Assembly (NCBI GenBank): GCA_043801745.1
Contig: JAZDLR010000016.1
Span: 70,331 to 134,330 of the forward strand
DNA length: 64,000 bases
Direction of reading: 5' to 3'
DNA from: Candidatus Komeilibacteria bacterium
GTDB taxonomy: Bacteria > Patescibacteriota > Patescibacteriia > UBA1558 > 2-01-FULL-52-15
Positions within the stretch are counted from its first letter, which is position 1. Each line of letters opens with the position of its first letter. Shown piece after piece: positions 18,604-28,557 of this stretch. Position numbers and translations under genes: made by a program. The notes below the pieces were generated by a model. That model was not told where the DNA came from. It worked only from the letters and a program-made list of their open reading frames with translations, and ran no database searches.

Positions 18604-18891
18604 ATGAAAACTCGTTATTTTGTAGGGATAAGAAAGGATAGTACAGAACCAGAGGTTTTTCGGGCTACTACTGGAGAGAGCTTGACCGCCGGATATCCTG
18701 CTGAAGGAGAACAGATTGCCCCCAGTTACGCAGTGGGAAGGGTGAAGATACTGGCAATCTTGCCCAAAGAGACCCAGCTGCTCCTTCGCTTTGTAGAAGC
18801 AGTTGACGAGATCATGGGTAACCATGCGTTTAGGGATGGTCTACTTGTACTTCTTCGGGCTATTTCCAGTGCGAGTGCTGGCTCTCTCTAA
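18604..18891 (+). CDS. hypothetical protein
   Basis: GGAGG SD; TTGACA upstream; terminator at about 18913-18948. Confidence 0.6.
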   Translation: MKTRYFVGIRKDSTEPEVFRATTGESLTAGYPAEGEQIAPSYAVGRVKILAILPKETQLLLRFVEAVDEIMGNHAFRDGLLVLLRAISSASAGSL

Positions 18892-19445
18892 TAGCATCGG
18901 GAGGTCGGAGCGTGACCCCATCGAGCACTACTCGGTGGGGTCATTTTTTTTATATTATTTAGAAAAAACGATCATATCAAAGATGTTAATGTGGAAATTT
19001 TTAATGCGGTTGAATTCATTAGAAATTGACCAAAATTTTCTACCGAATTTGACAAATAATTTGCGCGCGAAAAATCAGCTTGCTAAAATACAGTTGTAAA
19101 GCAGTATTTTTTTGCTGCTGAAGACGGCGCAAAATATTTAGCATCAGCAAGAAAATATTAATTTGCGGGAATTTTTTCCGTCAGACAGGAAAATAGACGG
19201 CGGAATAATTTCGGGATAACCCGCGTTCGGCTGGGTAAATAACCAAACACCCTATCCGAAGACGGGGTGTTTGGGAAAAGCGATTGTGAAGACTATCTTT
19301 TATGATAGCCCTCATTTGCATACTAAAATATTCGTTGTTCTTTGTCAAAGGACGGTTCTCCTCCCTCAATCGAGACCTGAGGGAGGAGAAATCCGGTCCT
19401 AATATTTACTAATTAAGCCCTTGCGGGCATTAACGAAAAGCGATT

Positions 19446-19847
19446 ATGGACTTAAATAAAGTCACTTTGATCGGCAATATGGTCAAAGATCCGGTGTTAC
19501 GTAAAACACCAAGCGGTCAATCACTGGTCAGCACCGGTTTGGCCACTAATTATGTTTGGAAAGATCTTCAATCCAAACAAACTAAGAAGTCAGTGGAGTT
19601 TCATAATGTCGTGGCCTGGGGCAAGTTGGCCGACATCATGAGCGAATATCTGAAAAAGGGCTCCAAGGTTTATATTGAGGGCCGTTTGCAGAGCCGTAAC
19701 TGGACGGATAAGACCGGCAAAAAAAGATATTCCACGGAAGTGGTGGCCGAAGATTTAATAATGCTGGGTCATCGAAATAAAGAAAGCAAAGAGAGCACAG
19801 CTAAGGCTTTAGCCAAAGAAGAACCGGCCGTCGAGGACTTGGAATAA
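19446..19847 (+). CDS. ssb: single-stranded DNA-binding protein, short, lacking the DDIPF tail
   Basis: NKVTLIGN, FHNVVAWG, KKGSKVYIEGRLQ. Confidence 0.93.
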   Translation: MDLNKVTLIGNMVKDPVLRKTPSGQSLVSTGLATNYVWKDLQSKQTKKSVEFHNVVAWGKLADIMSEYLKKGSKVYIEGRLQSRNWTDKTGKKRYSTEVVAEDLIMLGHRNKESKESTAKALAKEEPAVEDLE

Positions 19848-19950
19848 TCAGCAACGTTGTTGTTTTGAGCTTGAGCCGGAAGTTTCGTCCCTGTTCTTCC
19901 GGTTTTTGCTCAAGACAGGCGTTAGGTTTAATAATTAGAAATAAAGAATT

Positions 19951-22320
19951 ATGAAAAAAATAATTATTATTTTCTGGCTGCTACTTTTTCCCTTTCTAGC
20001 TCAAGCCCAAATGATCTTTACTGAAATTATGTACGATCCGGCGGGGGCAGATGGCGGTAATGAATGGGTAGAGGTCTATAACAACGCCGCTGATCCGGTA
20101 ACTCTTGACTCTGGTTGGCGTTTTACAGATAGCAGCAACCATACTTTGAATTTAACTCAAGGCACGTCAACAATCGCCGTTGGTCAATTTGCTATAATCG
20201 CTGATAATGCCACGAATTTTTTAACCGCTAACCCGGTGTTTTCCGGTAATCTTTTTGATTCGGTTGTTAATATCAACAATAACTCCTCCACTATCGCCCT
20301 GAAAAATAATAACGAACCAATTGCCAGTCTAATCTTTGATTCTGGCTGGGGCGCGGCAGGCAATGGCATGACTCTAGAAAAAATTAACTTTGATGGTGGC
20401 GATGAACAAGGTAATTGGCAGGAATCGTTCGTTAATGGTGGCACTCCAGGGCGGGCTTCGTCGGTTAAGCCGGAATCATTAGCAACCACCACCATTGAAT
20501 ATTCAGGATTGAGGATCAACGAAATGTTGCCTGATCCGGTCGGTGATGATGCTGCCGGAGAATGGATCGAACTGGTAAATAATTCTGATCTGGACTTGCC
20601 CCTGGTTGGAGTAATAATTACAGACGGTTCAGGATCAAACTATATTTTTGCTTCCAGTACCATAGCAGCAAAAAATTATTGGCTCTTATCGCGGCCCATT
20701 TCTGACATTGCTTTAAATAATAGTAGCGACACTTTAACATTGAAAGATCCGCAGGGAGCCACAATTGATGCGGTTTCTTATACCGGCAGCGTGGAAGGTA
20801 AATCCTGGGCTTTGATTGATAATCGTTGGATCTGGTCGCGGCAGCCGACTCCAGGTGCTGCAAATATTTTACCTCTTAATCATAAACCAGAGATCGGCTA
20901 TTCCATTAGTTCTCTGACGGCCGAGCCTAAAAAAAGTATTTTGTTCGATGCTTCAACCTCGCGTGATCAGGATGGAGACGAACTGACTTATTATTGGGAT
21001 TTTGGCGACAATGATTTTAGTAACCGGAAAAGCATCAGTCATAAATATGCCGATGAAGGTGAATATCTTACTTTGTTACGAGTACAAGATTCGTCCGGAG
21101 CTTTAGCAGAACAAACTTTTAAAATCACAATTATGTCCGCTGTTTCGGCCGCCAAATCTATGGAGACCGCCCAGATAACCAGCCAAACCACCAGCGCCAC
21201 TACAACCGGCTCTTTGTCTGACACAGTCAAGATTAGCGAGTTTTTACCCGACCCTGTTGGCAACGATAATAGTGAGTGGATCGAACTATATAATAGCGGG
21301 GACGCGGACGTTATTTTGGATAATTGGAAGCTGGATGATATTGAGGGTGGCAGCCGGCCCTTTATTTTTCCTCAAGGAACAGTCATTAAACCGGGCGAAT
21401 ATCAAGTTTGGTCCAAAGCAGCAACCAAACTGGTATTGAATAATACGACCGATGGTGTCCGATTACTCTGGCCTGATGGACAGGTGAGTGATTCTATTGA
21501 CTATGATGCGACTAAGAAGGAGGGGCAATCATACGAAAAAAATTTTGCTGATGACGAGTGGCAGTGGCAAACAGTTCCTACGCCCGGACTACCTAGAATA
21601 GAAGTTTTAGGATTAGAAACTACCAGTCAGCCAGTGGCCACCTCATCGGATTTGATTTTGCCTGCCAACAGTATCATGGCGCGGGTTATTGTTCCGCCCG
21701 GAACCTGGGCTAAGCAGAAAATGTTTGTGCGTTTAGTTGGCGCTGACAGTTGGGCCGAGGTTTATCAATATAAAGGACAGTTCCCAGAAATTAAATCAGG
21801 CGACATAATTGTTGTCAGTGATGCGGTAATTGGCAGTGTTTCCGGAACACCCAGATTAAAAATAGCCGGAGCAGATCAGATTGCGGTCACCGGTCACGAC
21901 GACATTATTTGGGATGAACCGATTAATATTTCCAGCCTGTCTGATAATGATGTAGGTAGCACAATAACCTTGGCCGGCTTGATTGATACCAGCAACAAGT
22001 CATCTCTTACGTTGGTTGATGATGAAGGCGAAACTATTAAGGTTACTTTAGCGCCGAATAATACGGTCCCATTGACCAAGAATGTACGCGCGACTATCCA
22101 CGGTATCTTACAGAAAAATTCTACCGGCTTGTATCTGCGGTTGATTTCTAACAATGACGCCACTTTGGATGAACAGGTCGGGATCGTTCAGCAGACAACA
22201 ACATCAACAACCACGACCCTTCCGGCCCAAACCAAGGACTGGTCCGGTTGGATTGCCGGAATAGTAACCGCGTTTGGTGGATTGGCTTACGCCGGATATA
22301 AATGGTGGTTTGTTAAATAA
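19951..22320 (+). CDS. secreted lamin-tail-domain (x3) / PKD domain protein with C-terminal anchor
   Basis: Three (F/I)xE..PDP.G.D...EWIE repeats; YYWDFGD PKD motif; signal peptide and C-terminal TM. Confidence 0.85.
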   Translation: MKKIIIIFWLLLFPFLAQAQMIFTEIMYDPAGADGGNEWVEVYNNAADPVTLDSGWRFTDSSNHTLNLTQGTSTIAVGQFAIIADNATNFLTANPVFSGNLFDSVVNINNNSSTIALKNNNEPIASLIFDSGWGAAGNGMTLEKINFDGGDEQGNWQESFVNGGTPGRASSVKPESLATTTIEYSGLRINEMLPDPVGDDAAGEWIELVNNSDLDLPLVGVIITDGSGSNYIFASSTIAAKNYWLLSRPISDIALNNSSDTLTLKDPQGATIDAVSYTGSVEGKSWALIDNRWIWSRQPTPGAANILPLNHKPEIGYSISSLTAEPKKSILFDASTSRDQDGDELTYYWDFGDNDFSNRKSISHKYADEGEYLTLLRVQDSSGALAEQTFKITIMSAVSAAKSMETAQITSQTTSATTTGSLSDTVKISEFLPDPVGNDNSEWIELYNSGDADVILDNWKLDDIEGGSRPFIFPQGTVIKPGEYQVWSKAATKLVLNNTTDGVRLLWPDGQVSDSIDYDATKKEGQSYEKNFADDEWQWQTVPTPGLPRIEVLGLETTSQPVATSSDLILPANSIMARVIVPPGTWAKQKMFVRLVGADSWAEVYQYKGQFPEIKSGDIIVVSDAVIGSVSGTPRLKIAGADQIAVTGHDDIIWDEPINISSLSDNDVGSTITLAGLIDTSNKSSLTLVDDEGETIKVTLAPNNTVPLTKNVRATIHGILQKNSTGLYLRLISNNDATLDEQVGIVQQTTTSTTTTLPAQTKDWSGWIAGIVTAFGGLAYAGYKWWFVK

Positions 22321-22371
22321 GAAACGCCGCCGAGCAAAGCTCGACGGCGTAGGTGTTCTGGTCGACTCAGA

Positions 22372-22737
22372 TTAAATGAGCCCCATCCGCTGAAGTTCTT
22401 CCTTTGGTATGATCAGGGCGTTCAGTACCTCGGTGATGTCTGGTCGTGACATTCCTAGAGCCAAACCCCAAGGGGAAAGCTTCTCCTCAATGCGGACTAT
22501 GGTGCGACCGTGCACACCTTGACGGATCAGATCCGTCCGCCTTTTGGCGAGCAGATCTTGGAGGCACCGAATTTCAATAACAGCAAGCATCATGATGATC
22601 GGGAACGCCAGGCCAAGGGCCTCCAGTTCATTTCCCGATCGCAGCCTCTCCAGAGCTAGTGGTCGAAGTCTGGTTTGCCAGTTGCTCGCTTCAGTGCCTG
22701 AACTAGGAACCGCAGATCTTCCACAACGGCACATCAC
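22372..22737 (-). CDS. hypothetical protein
   Basis: AAGGAGG SD; TTGACA-17-TATATT promoter upstream. Confidence 0.55.
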   Translation of the reverse strand: MMCRCGRSAVPSSGTEASNWQTRLRPLALERLRSGNELEALGLAFPIIMMLAVIEIRCLQDLLAKRRTDLIRQGVHGRTIVRIEEKLSPWGLALGMSRPDITEVLNALIIPKEELQRMGLI

Positions 22738-22907
22738 TACCTCCTTGGGTCGTAGAATGGGGGTGGATGGCGAGTCATCGCAGTCAGGAAACTACCGGAT
22801 CATAGCCCGGGCGGTGGGCTCCCCGGTAACACCTCAAAGCTCTTCGCCGTCCACTTAATAGGAACGATCGAGTGTGCTGAATATACTTTTTGGAGGCCAG
22901 ACTGTCA

Positions 22908-22945
22908 ACCCCGTTAGAAGTTTAATTGAAATGTTCTAACGGGGT
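22908..22945. repeat. CCCCGTTAGAA...TTCTAACGGGG family copy abutting a -35 TTGACA
   Basis: tgtcaACCCCGTTAGAA...TTCTAACGGGGT. Confidence 0.75.
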
Positions 22946-22989
22946 CAATAGCATTGACCAATGTTGGGTTTTTTTCTAAGCTAAGACCG

Positions 22990-24336
22990 ATGAAACTTAA
23001 TTATCAGGATAAAAACGTAGCTGTTCTAGGATTTGCCATTGAGGGCCAGGCAATGACCGATTTTTTATTAAACCGCAACTGTCATATTACAGTCTATGAT
23101 GATAAAGAATTAGACGAGGAAGTGCGGCGGAAGTATGAGGCTCGGGGAGTAATTTTTCATGCCGGACCATTTGGCGATCTTACCGGTTTTGACGTTATCA
23201 GCCGTACACCGGGTATGCGTTTAGACCGAGCAGAAATTCAACAAGCTAGTGCCGCCGGAGTACCGGTTATCTCTAATACTAAATTGTTTTTGGATGAAGC
23301 CAAGGGCAAAGTAATTGGTATTACGGGTACTAAAGGCAAGGGCACCACGGCGCAACTTTTGTATAACATTATTTCTTCAAGTAGGGACAATGTTTTTCTC
23401 GGCGGCAATATCGGACAATCGCCGCTACAGTTTCTGTCTCAATTGAATGATAAGTCGATTGCAATTTTAGAATTATCCAGCTTTCAGTTAGCTGATGTGA
23501 CGAAAAGTCCGCAAATAGCTATTGTTTTAATGGTGACCTCGGAACATTTGGATTATCATCCGACGTCTGAATCTTATATTGACGCCAAAGCCGGTATTGC
23601 CAAGTTTCAGCAAGCTGATGATGTTATAATTTTTAACTCTGATTATCCTAACTCAGTGACTATTGCCAAACAATCGTTAGGGAGGAAGTTAGCAGTAAGT
23701 AGAAAGAAGTTAGAAGGCGAGGGGTGTTTCGTAGATAATGGTTGGATTATGATGCGTCTCGGTCAAACGGAAGAAAAAATTATGCCGGTAGCAGATATTG
23801 CTTTGGTAGGCCAACACAATTGGGAAAACGTTTGCCCGGCGATTTTAGCCGCTAAGCTCATTGGTATTGATAATAAATTTATCATTGACGCGATTAAAAA
23901 GTTTCAGGGCTTGGAGCATCGTTTAGAATTCGTGGCCGAAAAGAGAGGCGTTAAATATTACAATGATTCTATCTCCACTACACCGGAATCAACTATCGCG
24001 GCCATTAAATCCTTTAGTCAGCCTAAAATATTAATTCTCGGTGGTTCAAGTAAGCAGAGTGATTTTTCTTTATTGGCACAGACGATAAAAGAAAATGACG
24101 TTAGGGCAATTATTGGTGTGGGGCAAGAATGGCCCCGGATCAAAGAAGTTTTGTGGAATACTACCAGTCATTTGATTGAAAATTTAACTACTATGGAGGA
24201 AATTGTTGAGGCGGCGAGAAAGGCAGCTAAACCCGGTTATGTGGTTCTGCTGTCACCGGCTTGCGCCAGCTTCGGTCTGTTTAAAGACTATAAAGACCGC
24301 GGTCGACAGTTCAAAGAAGCCGTGGATAAACTATAA
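22990..24336 (+). CDS. murD: UDP-N-acetylmuramoyl-L-alanine--D-glutamate ligase
   Basis: GITGTKGKGTT, ELSSFQL, EHRLE, YNDS, LSPACASF. Confidence 0.96.
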   Translation: MKLNYQDKNVAVLGFAIEGQAMTDFLLNRNCHITVYDDKELDEEVRRKYEARGVIFHAGPFGDLTGFDVISRTPGMRLDRAEIQQASAAGVPVISNTKLFLDEAKGKVIGITGTKGKGTTAQLLYNIISSSRDNVFLGGNIGQSPLQFLSQLNDKSIAILELSSFQLADVTKSPQIAIVLMVTSEHLDYHPTSESYIDAKAGIAKFQQADDVIIFNSDYPNSVTIAKQSLGRKLAVSRKKLEGEGCFVDNGWIMMRLGQTEEKIMPVADIALVGQHNWENVCPAILAAKLIGIDNKFIIDAIKKFQGLEHRLEFVAEKRGVKYYNDSISTTPESTIAAIKSFSQPKILILGGSSKQSDFSLLAQTIKENDVRAIIGVGQEWPRIKEVLWNTTSHLIENLTTMEEIVEAARKAAKPGYVVLLSPACASFGLFKDYKDRGRQFKEAVDKL

Positions 24337-24378
24337 AAATTATATCCCCGTCGAGCTGAGCCCGGCGGGGATATTTGG

Positions 24379-25053
24379 TCATCTACCGATTCTGGTGGAG
24401 ATAGGAAATGGAGGATCGTTCAGGATCCAACGGTGATGGCGTAGGTGTCCGAGTGATTCCCCCGGTTGTGGGTAGGCGCCACTACTAGCGGGTTTAGTGT
24501 AGATGCCGTAGGGGTCAATTTTTTGCCAGCTGGCACCCTTGCCTTTGTGCTCGAAAACCTCAATGTGAAGCTGGATGATACGCTTAGTACGCCCGGTATT
24601 TCCGGCTCGTCCGAGGTAGTCGCCGCAATCAATCTTGGCTTCCTTAAACTGCCAACGGTCAGCTTCATCAGCTGGCAGGTGAGGGATAGCTTTGTTGACC
24701 GTGGCGAGATGAGCATAGATAGTGCGGTAAACAGTAGTCTGACCGCGCCGCGGCTCGGATGTTACGGCTACGAAGCGGCCCCAGCTTGAGCTGGTCCCTT
24801 GGTAGGCTGTGCCGGCATGCATACCAAAAACTTCAAAACCTAAAGCCCGTAAGCCTTGGGTATTGAAGTGAGAGCCGGGCGCCAGCTGGACACCGTCAGC
24901 AAAAGAGAGTCCTTTGCCAACCGGCAGAACATAGTCAATGCCCCGGTGTATCTCCCCTGGCGGATCACCCAGAACACCATCGTAAACAGGAAATCCTTCC
25001 ACTAGCCGCACTCGTGGGTTAGAAAAGGGGTAACACTCCAGAAACTTTGGCAT
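24379..25053 (-). CDS. M23 family metallopeptidase-like protein
   Basis: HRGID, YAHL, GNTG, LHIE motifs. Confidence 0.8.
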   Translation of the reverse strand: MPKFLECYPFSNPRVRLVEGFPVYDGVLGDPPGEIHRGIDYVLPVGKGLSFADGVQLAPGSHFNTQGLRALGFEVFGMHAGTAYQGTSSSWGRFVAVTSEPRRGQTTVYRTIYAHLATVNKAIPHLPADEADRWQFKEAKIDCGDYLGRAGNTGRTKRIIQLHIEVFEHKGKGASWQKIDPYGIYTKPASSGAYPQPGESLGHLRHHRWILNDPPFPISTRIGR

Positions 25054-25152
25054 TATTGTAGTCTCCTGTTGAGAGAAAGGACGCATTTTCTTTGAGACTA
25101 TCATAGAATAATCTTTTTCTGCAAAAGTTCAAGGGGCGAGCAGTTGAGACGA

Positions 25153-26154
25153 CTAAATTTTGTCCTTACTTTCAGAAAAATAGATATTGTCTTGAGGTAA
25201 TCCCAGTACCGTTAATTTATCAATCAGCCAGGATTTCATGGCAATTTCCGTATCGAAATTAATTGGCTGGCCGTCAACTATAGCTGTCCAACGGTTAACG
25301 CTGCGTAAGACATCCATTTTGTTGATGACTAGATGATTGACGGCGTTCAGCCGGATGCCTTTTTCCAGAAGATTCCAATCTAACCAATTACATTGGCGGG
25401 CACGGCCAGTAGTGGCGCCGTATTCTTCGCCGGCTTCACGGATTTTGACGAAAATAGAATCGTCCGGCTCAAATTTTTTGGCTCCCACATAGGTTTCATA
25501 AATTTTCACTACACCCCAGACATCTCTGATGGCAGTGTGAGGAAGGGCATTCATTAGCGCGCCAGCTACAGTGGCATGAGAAGAGGTGACATAGGGGTAA
25601 TCACCCCAGTCAATATCTAAGCCGAAACCTTGCGCGCCCTCACCTAAGACATAAACTTCTTTAGGATTATGATGCAGCTCCTGATACAAATCAAGCAAAT
25701 AAGGTTGTAATTCCGGCACTGCTTCGGCACGGATTCCGGTGCGGGCGTATTTATCACGGTAAGCCGGACCATTGCCGGTTTTCGTCGTGCCAATGGAACT
25801 GTCAGCGCTGTCTTCTTTTAAATGTTCCTCGGTAATAACGTGAGTGTTGTTAGCAATAAAAATTTTACCTTCAGTATTTATGCCGCCGCCCTGTAATTCT
25901 TTTAACTCAGACAGAAATTTTTTCGGGTTGACTACACAGCCAGGACCAATAATTGACTTGATACCGAAAAAAACACCAACTGGAATGTGGTGCGTGATAA
26001 ATTTTTTACCCTCGTGAAAAATAGTATGGCCGGCATTACCGCCGCCATTGTAGCGGAGGACGTGAGTATAACCGGCGGTTTTACAAAGATGATGAGCGAC
26101 CTTGCCTTTGGCGCAATCGCCGTATTGCAGGTCTACAATGATGTCAGCAATCAT
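25153..26154 (-). CDS. purA: adenylosuccinate synthetase, short form
   Basis: QYGDCAKGK, GGGNAGHT, EGAQG..LDIDWG.YPYVTSS, EYGATTGRAR, NKMD. Confidence 0.93.
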   Translation of the reverse strand: MIADIIVDLQYGDCAKGKVAHHLCKTAGYTHVLRYNGGGNAGHTIFHEGKKFITHHIPVGVFFGIKSIIGPGCVVNPKKFLSELKELQGGGINTEGKIFIANNTHVITEEHLKEDSADSSIGTTKTGNGPAYRDKYARTGIRAEAVPELQPYLLDLYQELHHNPKEVYVLGEGAQGFGLDIDWGDYPYVTSSHATVAGALMNALPHTAIRDVWGVVKIYETYVGAKKFEPDDSIFVKIREAGEEYGATTGRARQCNWLDWNLLEKGIRLNAVNHLVINKMDVLRSVNRWTAIVDGQPINFDTEIAMKSWLIDKLTVLGLPQDNIYFSESKDKI

Positions 26155-26163
26155 AATGTGGAA

Positions 26164-26820
26164 TTAGATATTGTTTAGTTCTTTATTTATCTTTCTATAA
26201 TGCCAGGCAAACCAAATCCCCCCGATTAAAGTGACCGCCGACAAGAAAATAAAAAGTGGATCGGTGGCCGACTTAACGCCGCTTCCAAGATAGGCCAGAG
26301 ATAGACTGCCACTGACGTGGCCAAGCGCCATTAGCGGTAAAAAGATTTTAGGTTTTATGGCCGACAGTCCGGCTAAATATGATATTTCATCATCAGGGAA
26401 CAACGGCAGAAAATAGGCAAGGAACAGTAGCAGTTTGCCCTTATCAAAATAATAGTCATACTTGGCTATTGTTTCCGGTTTGACTACGTGTTGAATAATT
26501 TTGCGACCAAAATATCTACCAAGATAGAACGCTATGGCTGTCCCCAGTACCCGCCCAATAAAGTTGTAAAGAAAACCCAGCCAGGTACCAAAGAGAAAAC
26601 CACCGGCCAATGAGACCGAATAATGACTGATCGGCGTAATGACGACCTGGGCGATTTGCAGAAGTATAAAAACCAGGGGAGAAAATATTCCAAAATGATT
26701 GACAAAATCTCTGATGGTCTCCTGGCTTCCGAAAAATTGCGAAGGGAAAATATAGCCAATAATCAATAGAGCAATTGGCGCCAAGGTAAAGAGATACCAG
26801 ATTAATCTAATTTTTTTCAT
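26164..26820 (-). CDS. TVP38/TMEM64 (VTT/DedA) family membrane protein
   Basis: LAGGFLFG, AFYLGRYFGR, PLFPDDEISYLAGL. Confidence 0.9.
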   Translation of the reverse strand: MKKIRLIWYLFTLAPIALLIIGYIFPSQFFGSQETIRDFVNHFGIFSPLVFILLQIAQVVITPISHYSVSLAGGFLFGTWLGFLYNFIGRVLGTAIAFYLGRYFGRKIIQHVVKPETIAKYDYYFDKGKLLLFLAYFLPLFPDDEISYLAGLSAIKPKIFLPLMALGHVSGSLSLAYLGSGVKSATDPLFIFLSAVTLIGGIWFAWHYRKINKELNNI

Positions 26821-27066
26821 AATTGCAGGTCCACAATGATGTCAGCATGCGTAATTCGAGTATATTTTTTTATCCTTACCAAGTGTAACGGTAAAATAGT
26901 TCCAAGACAAGCTGATTTGGGGTTGTATCTTGACAAATTCAATTAGTTATGTTAATTTCTCATATTACTCTTGCATTGGCGCTTGCCTTTGCGAATGGTG
27001 TACATTTCCATATTTTCTATTCAATTTTTCCGTTTCTACCTCCCAACCTCATAAGGAGACTGGCCG

Positions 27067-28386
27067 ATGAATACAATGGCTCTACCGGGAATGTTTCCTC
27101 AGATCAAGCCTGGGGAAGTGTACGCTGATTGGACTGGGTCGGCTATTCCGCCGATCCATTTGATCGATCAGCATCATAAGTATTTGGGGGAGAACCTGAT
27201 CGGTAACCCGCACTCTCATCACCGACCGTCAGCTGAGGCGATGGAACGGGTTATGAGTACTCGGGCAGCGATCTTGCGTTATCTCCATGCTTCGCCCGAG
27301 GAGTACGAGGTGATTTTCGGTCCTGGTGCGACTGCTGCCATCCAGTTGGTGGGACAGCACTATAAGTGGGAGGGCGGCGAGTATCTGCTGACTGCCGACA
27401 ACCACAATTCCGTTAACGGAGTACGTGAAATGGCCAAACGCAATGGCGCAGTCGTCAGGTATGCTCCCATTACTGACGATCTGGTCATTGATGGCAACAT
27501 GCTAAGACGGATGCTGCGATTTCCGCGGTCTACTGGTAACAAGCTGTTTGCCTATCCGGCCAAGTCCAACTACTCCGGTGTGCTGCACAGTTTGGAGTGG
27601 GTCGGTCTGGCTCAGAGTCTGGGCTGGGAAGTGCTTCTGGATGCTGCGGCGTTTAACGCCAATAAGCGACTGGACCTTTCAGTCGTCAAGCCGGATTTTG
27701 TCCCGTTCTCTTTTTATAAGATGTTCGGGTTTCCGACCGGCCTTGGTTGTTTGGTCATCCGCAAGAGCGCTTTTGCCAAGCTGGCGCACAAGTGGTTCGC
27801 CGGTGGGTCTATTCTGTTGGTGGCTGTCATGCAGGACTTCTATGCTCCGGAATCTCTGGGGTATGCGAGGTTTGAACATGGTACCATCAACTTCGGTCAG
27901 ATTCCGGCTATTCAGACCGGTCTTCAGTTCATGGAGGACCTGGGGGATGGCGTTGGCGGGCATGCTGTTGATTTGGCTACCGCCCTCTACGATGAACTCG
28001 TGAACATGAAAGAGAATAGTTGTTCATTGCTGGTTCACAGCCCGCGTGGAACCGATACCGTTACCTTCAGTATGAAGAGCGGTGACCAGATCGTGGATGC
28101 TTGGGTATTTGAACAGGAAGCCAGTAAGCGCGGAGTGTTTGTTCGTTCGGGCTGCTTCTGTAACCCGGGTGTGAATGAAAAGGTGTTTGGGTACGGCATC
28201 GAGGCTTACGCTAATCTCTACAACGACGCCATCTTGCCGGAGGCCATCACCATTGAAAAGCTCCGGGAGTTTTCCGACGGAAAGCCAATCGGCGCTATCC
28301 GCGCGTCGTTCGGCTACGCCAACACAGTAGCTGATGTGGTGCGGTTTGCGTCTGTCACGCGGGATATCCTGCGCGCCGAAAAGTAA
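27067..28386 (+). CDS. PLP-dependent class V aminotransferase / Moco-sulfurase-like cysteine desulfurase
   Basis: GNPHS, DNHNSV, LLDAA, SFYKMFGFPTG, RSGCFCNPG. Confidence 0.9.
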   Translation: MNTMALPGMFPQIKPGEVYADWTGSAIPPIHLIDQHHKYLGENLIGNPHSHHRPSAEAMERVMSTRAAILRYLHASPEEYEVIFGPGATAAIQLVGQHYKWEGGEYLLTADNHNSVNGVREMAKRNGAVVRYAPITDDLVIDGNMLRRMLRFPRSTGNKLFAYPAKSNYSGVLHSLEWVGLAQSLGWEVLLDAAAFNANKRLDLSVVKPDFVPFSFYKMFGFPTGLGCLVIRKSAFAKLAHKWFAGGSILLVAVMQDFYAPESLGYARFEHGTINFGQIPAIQTGLQFMEDLGDGVGGHAVDLATALYDELVNMKENSCSLLVHSPRGTDTVTFSMKSGDQIVDAWVFEQEASKRGVFVRSGCFCNPGVNEKVFGYGIEAYANLYNDAILPEAITIEKLREFSDGKPIGAIRASFGYANTVADVVRFASVTRDILRAEK

Positions 28387-28431
28387 ACCGCTGTATTTAC
28401 CGGGGGGGATGGTCTTATCACCATCTCCCCC

Positions 28432-28493
28432 AACCTCTGTCGATTATTTCGGCACTGACGAGCCCAAAGGCACAAGCTAAAGGGTGAAAGGTT
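28432..28493 (+). ncRNA. type III hammerhead ribozyme
   Basis: AACCU-C^ stem I ugucga/ucggca, CUGACGA, stem II gccc/gggu, GAA-AGGUU. Confidence 0.8.
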
Positions 28494-28557
28494 ATAGGAT
28501 TGTTGGTCTAATAGACAGCAAACGTACGTTGATATTTCTCTAACCAAGGAGCACGCC

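Noticed and set aside
25153-26154. PurZ (2-aminoadenine pathway) in place of PurA
   Set aside because: The motif keeps the catalytic Asp (QYGDCAKG) where PurZ has Ser (GSTGKG), and there are no partner genes nearby.
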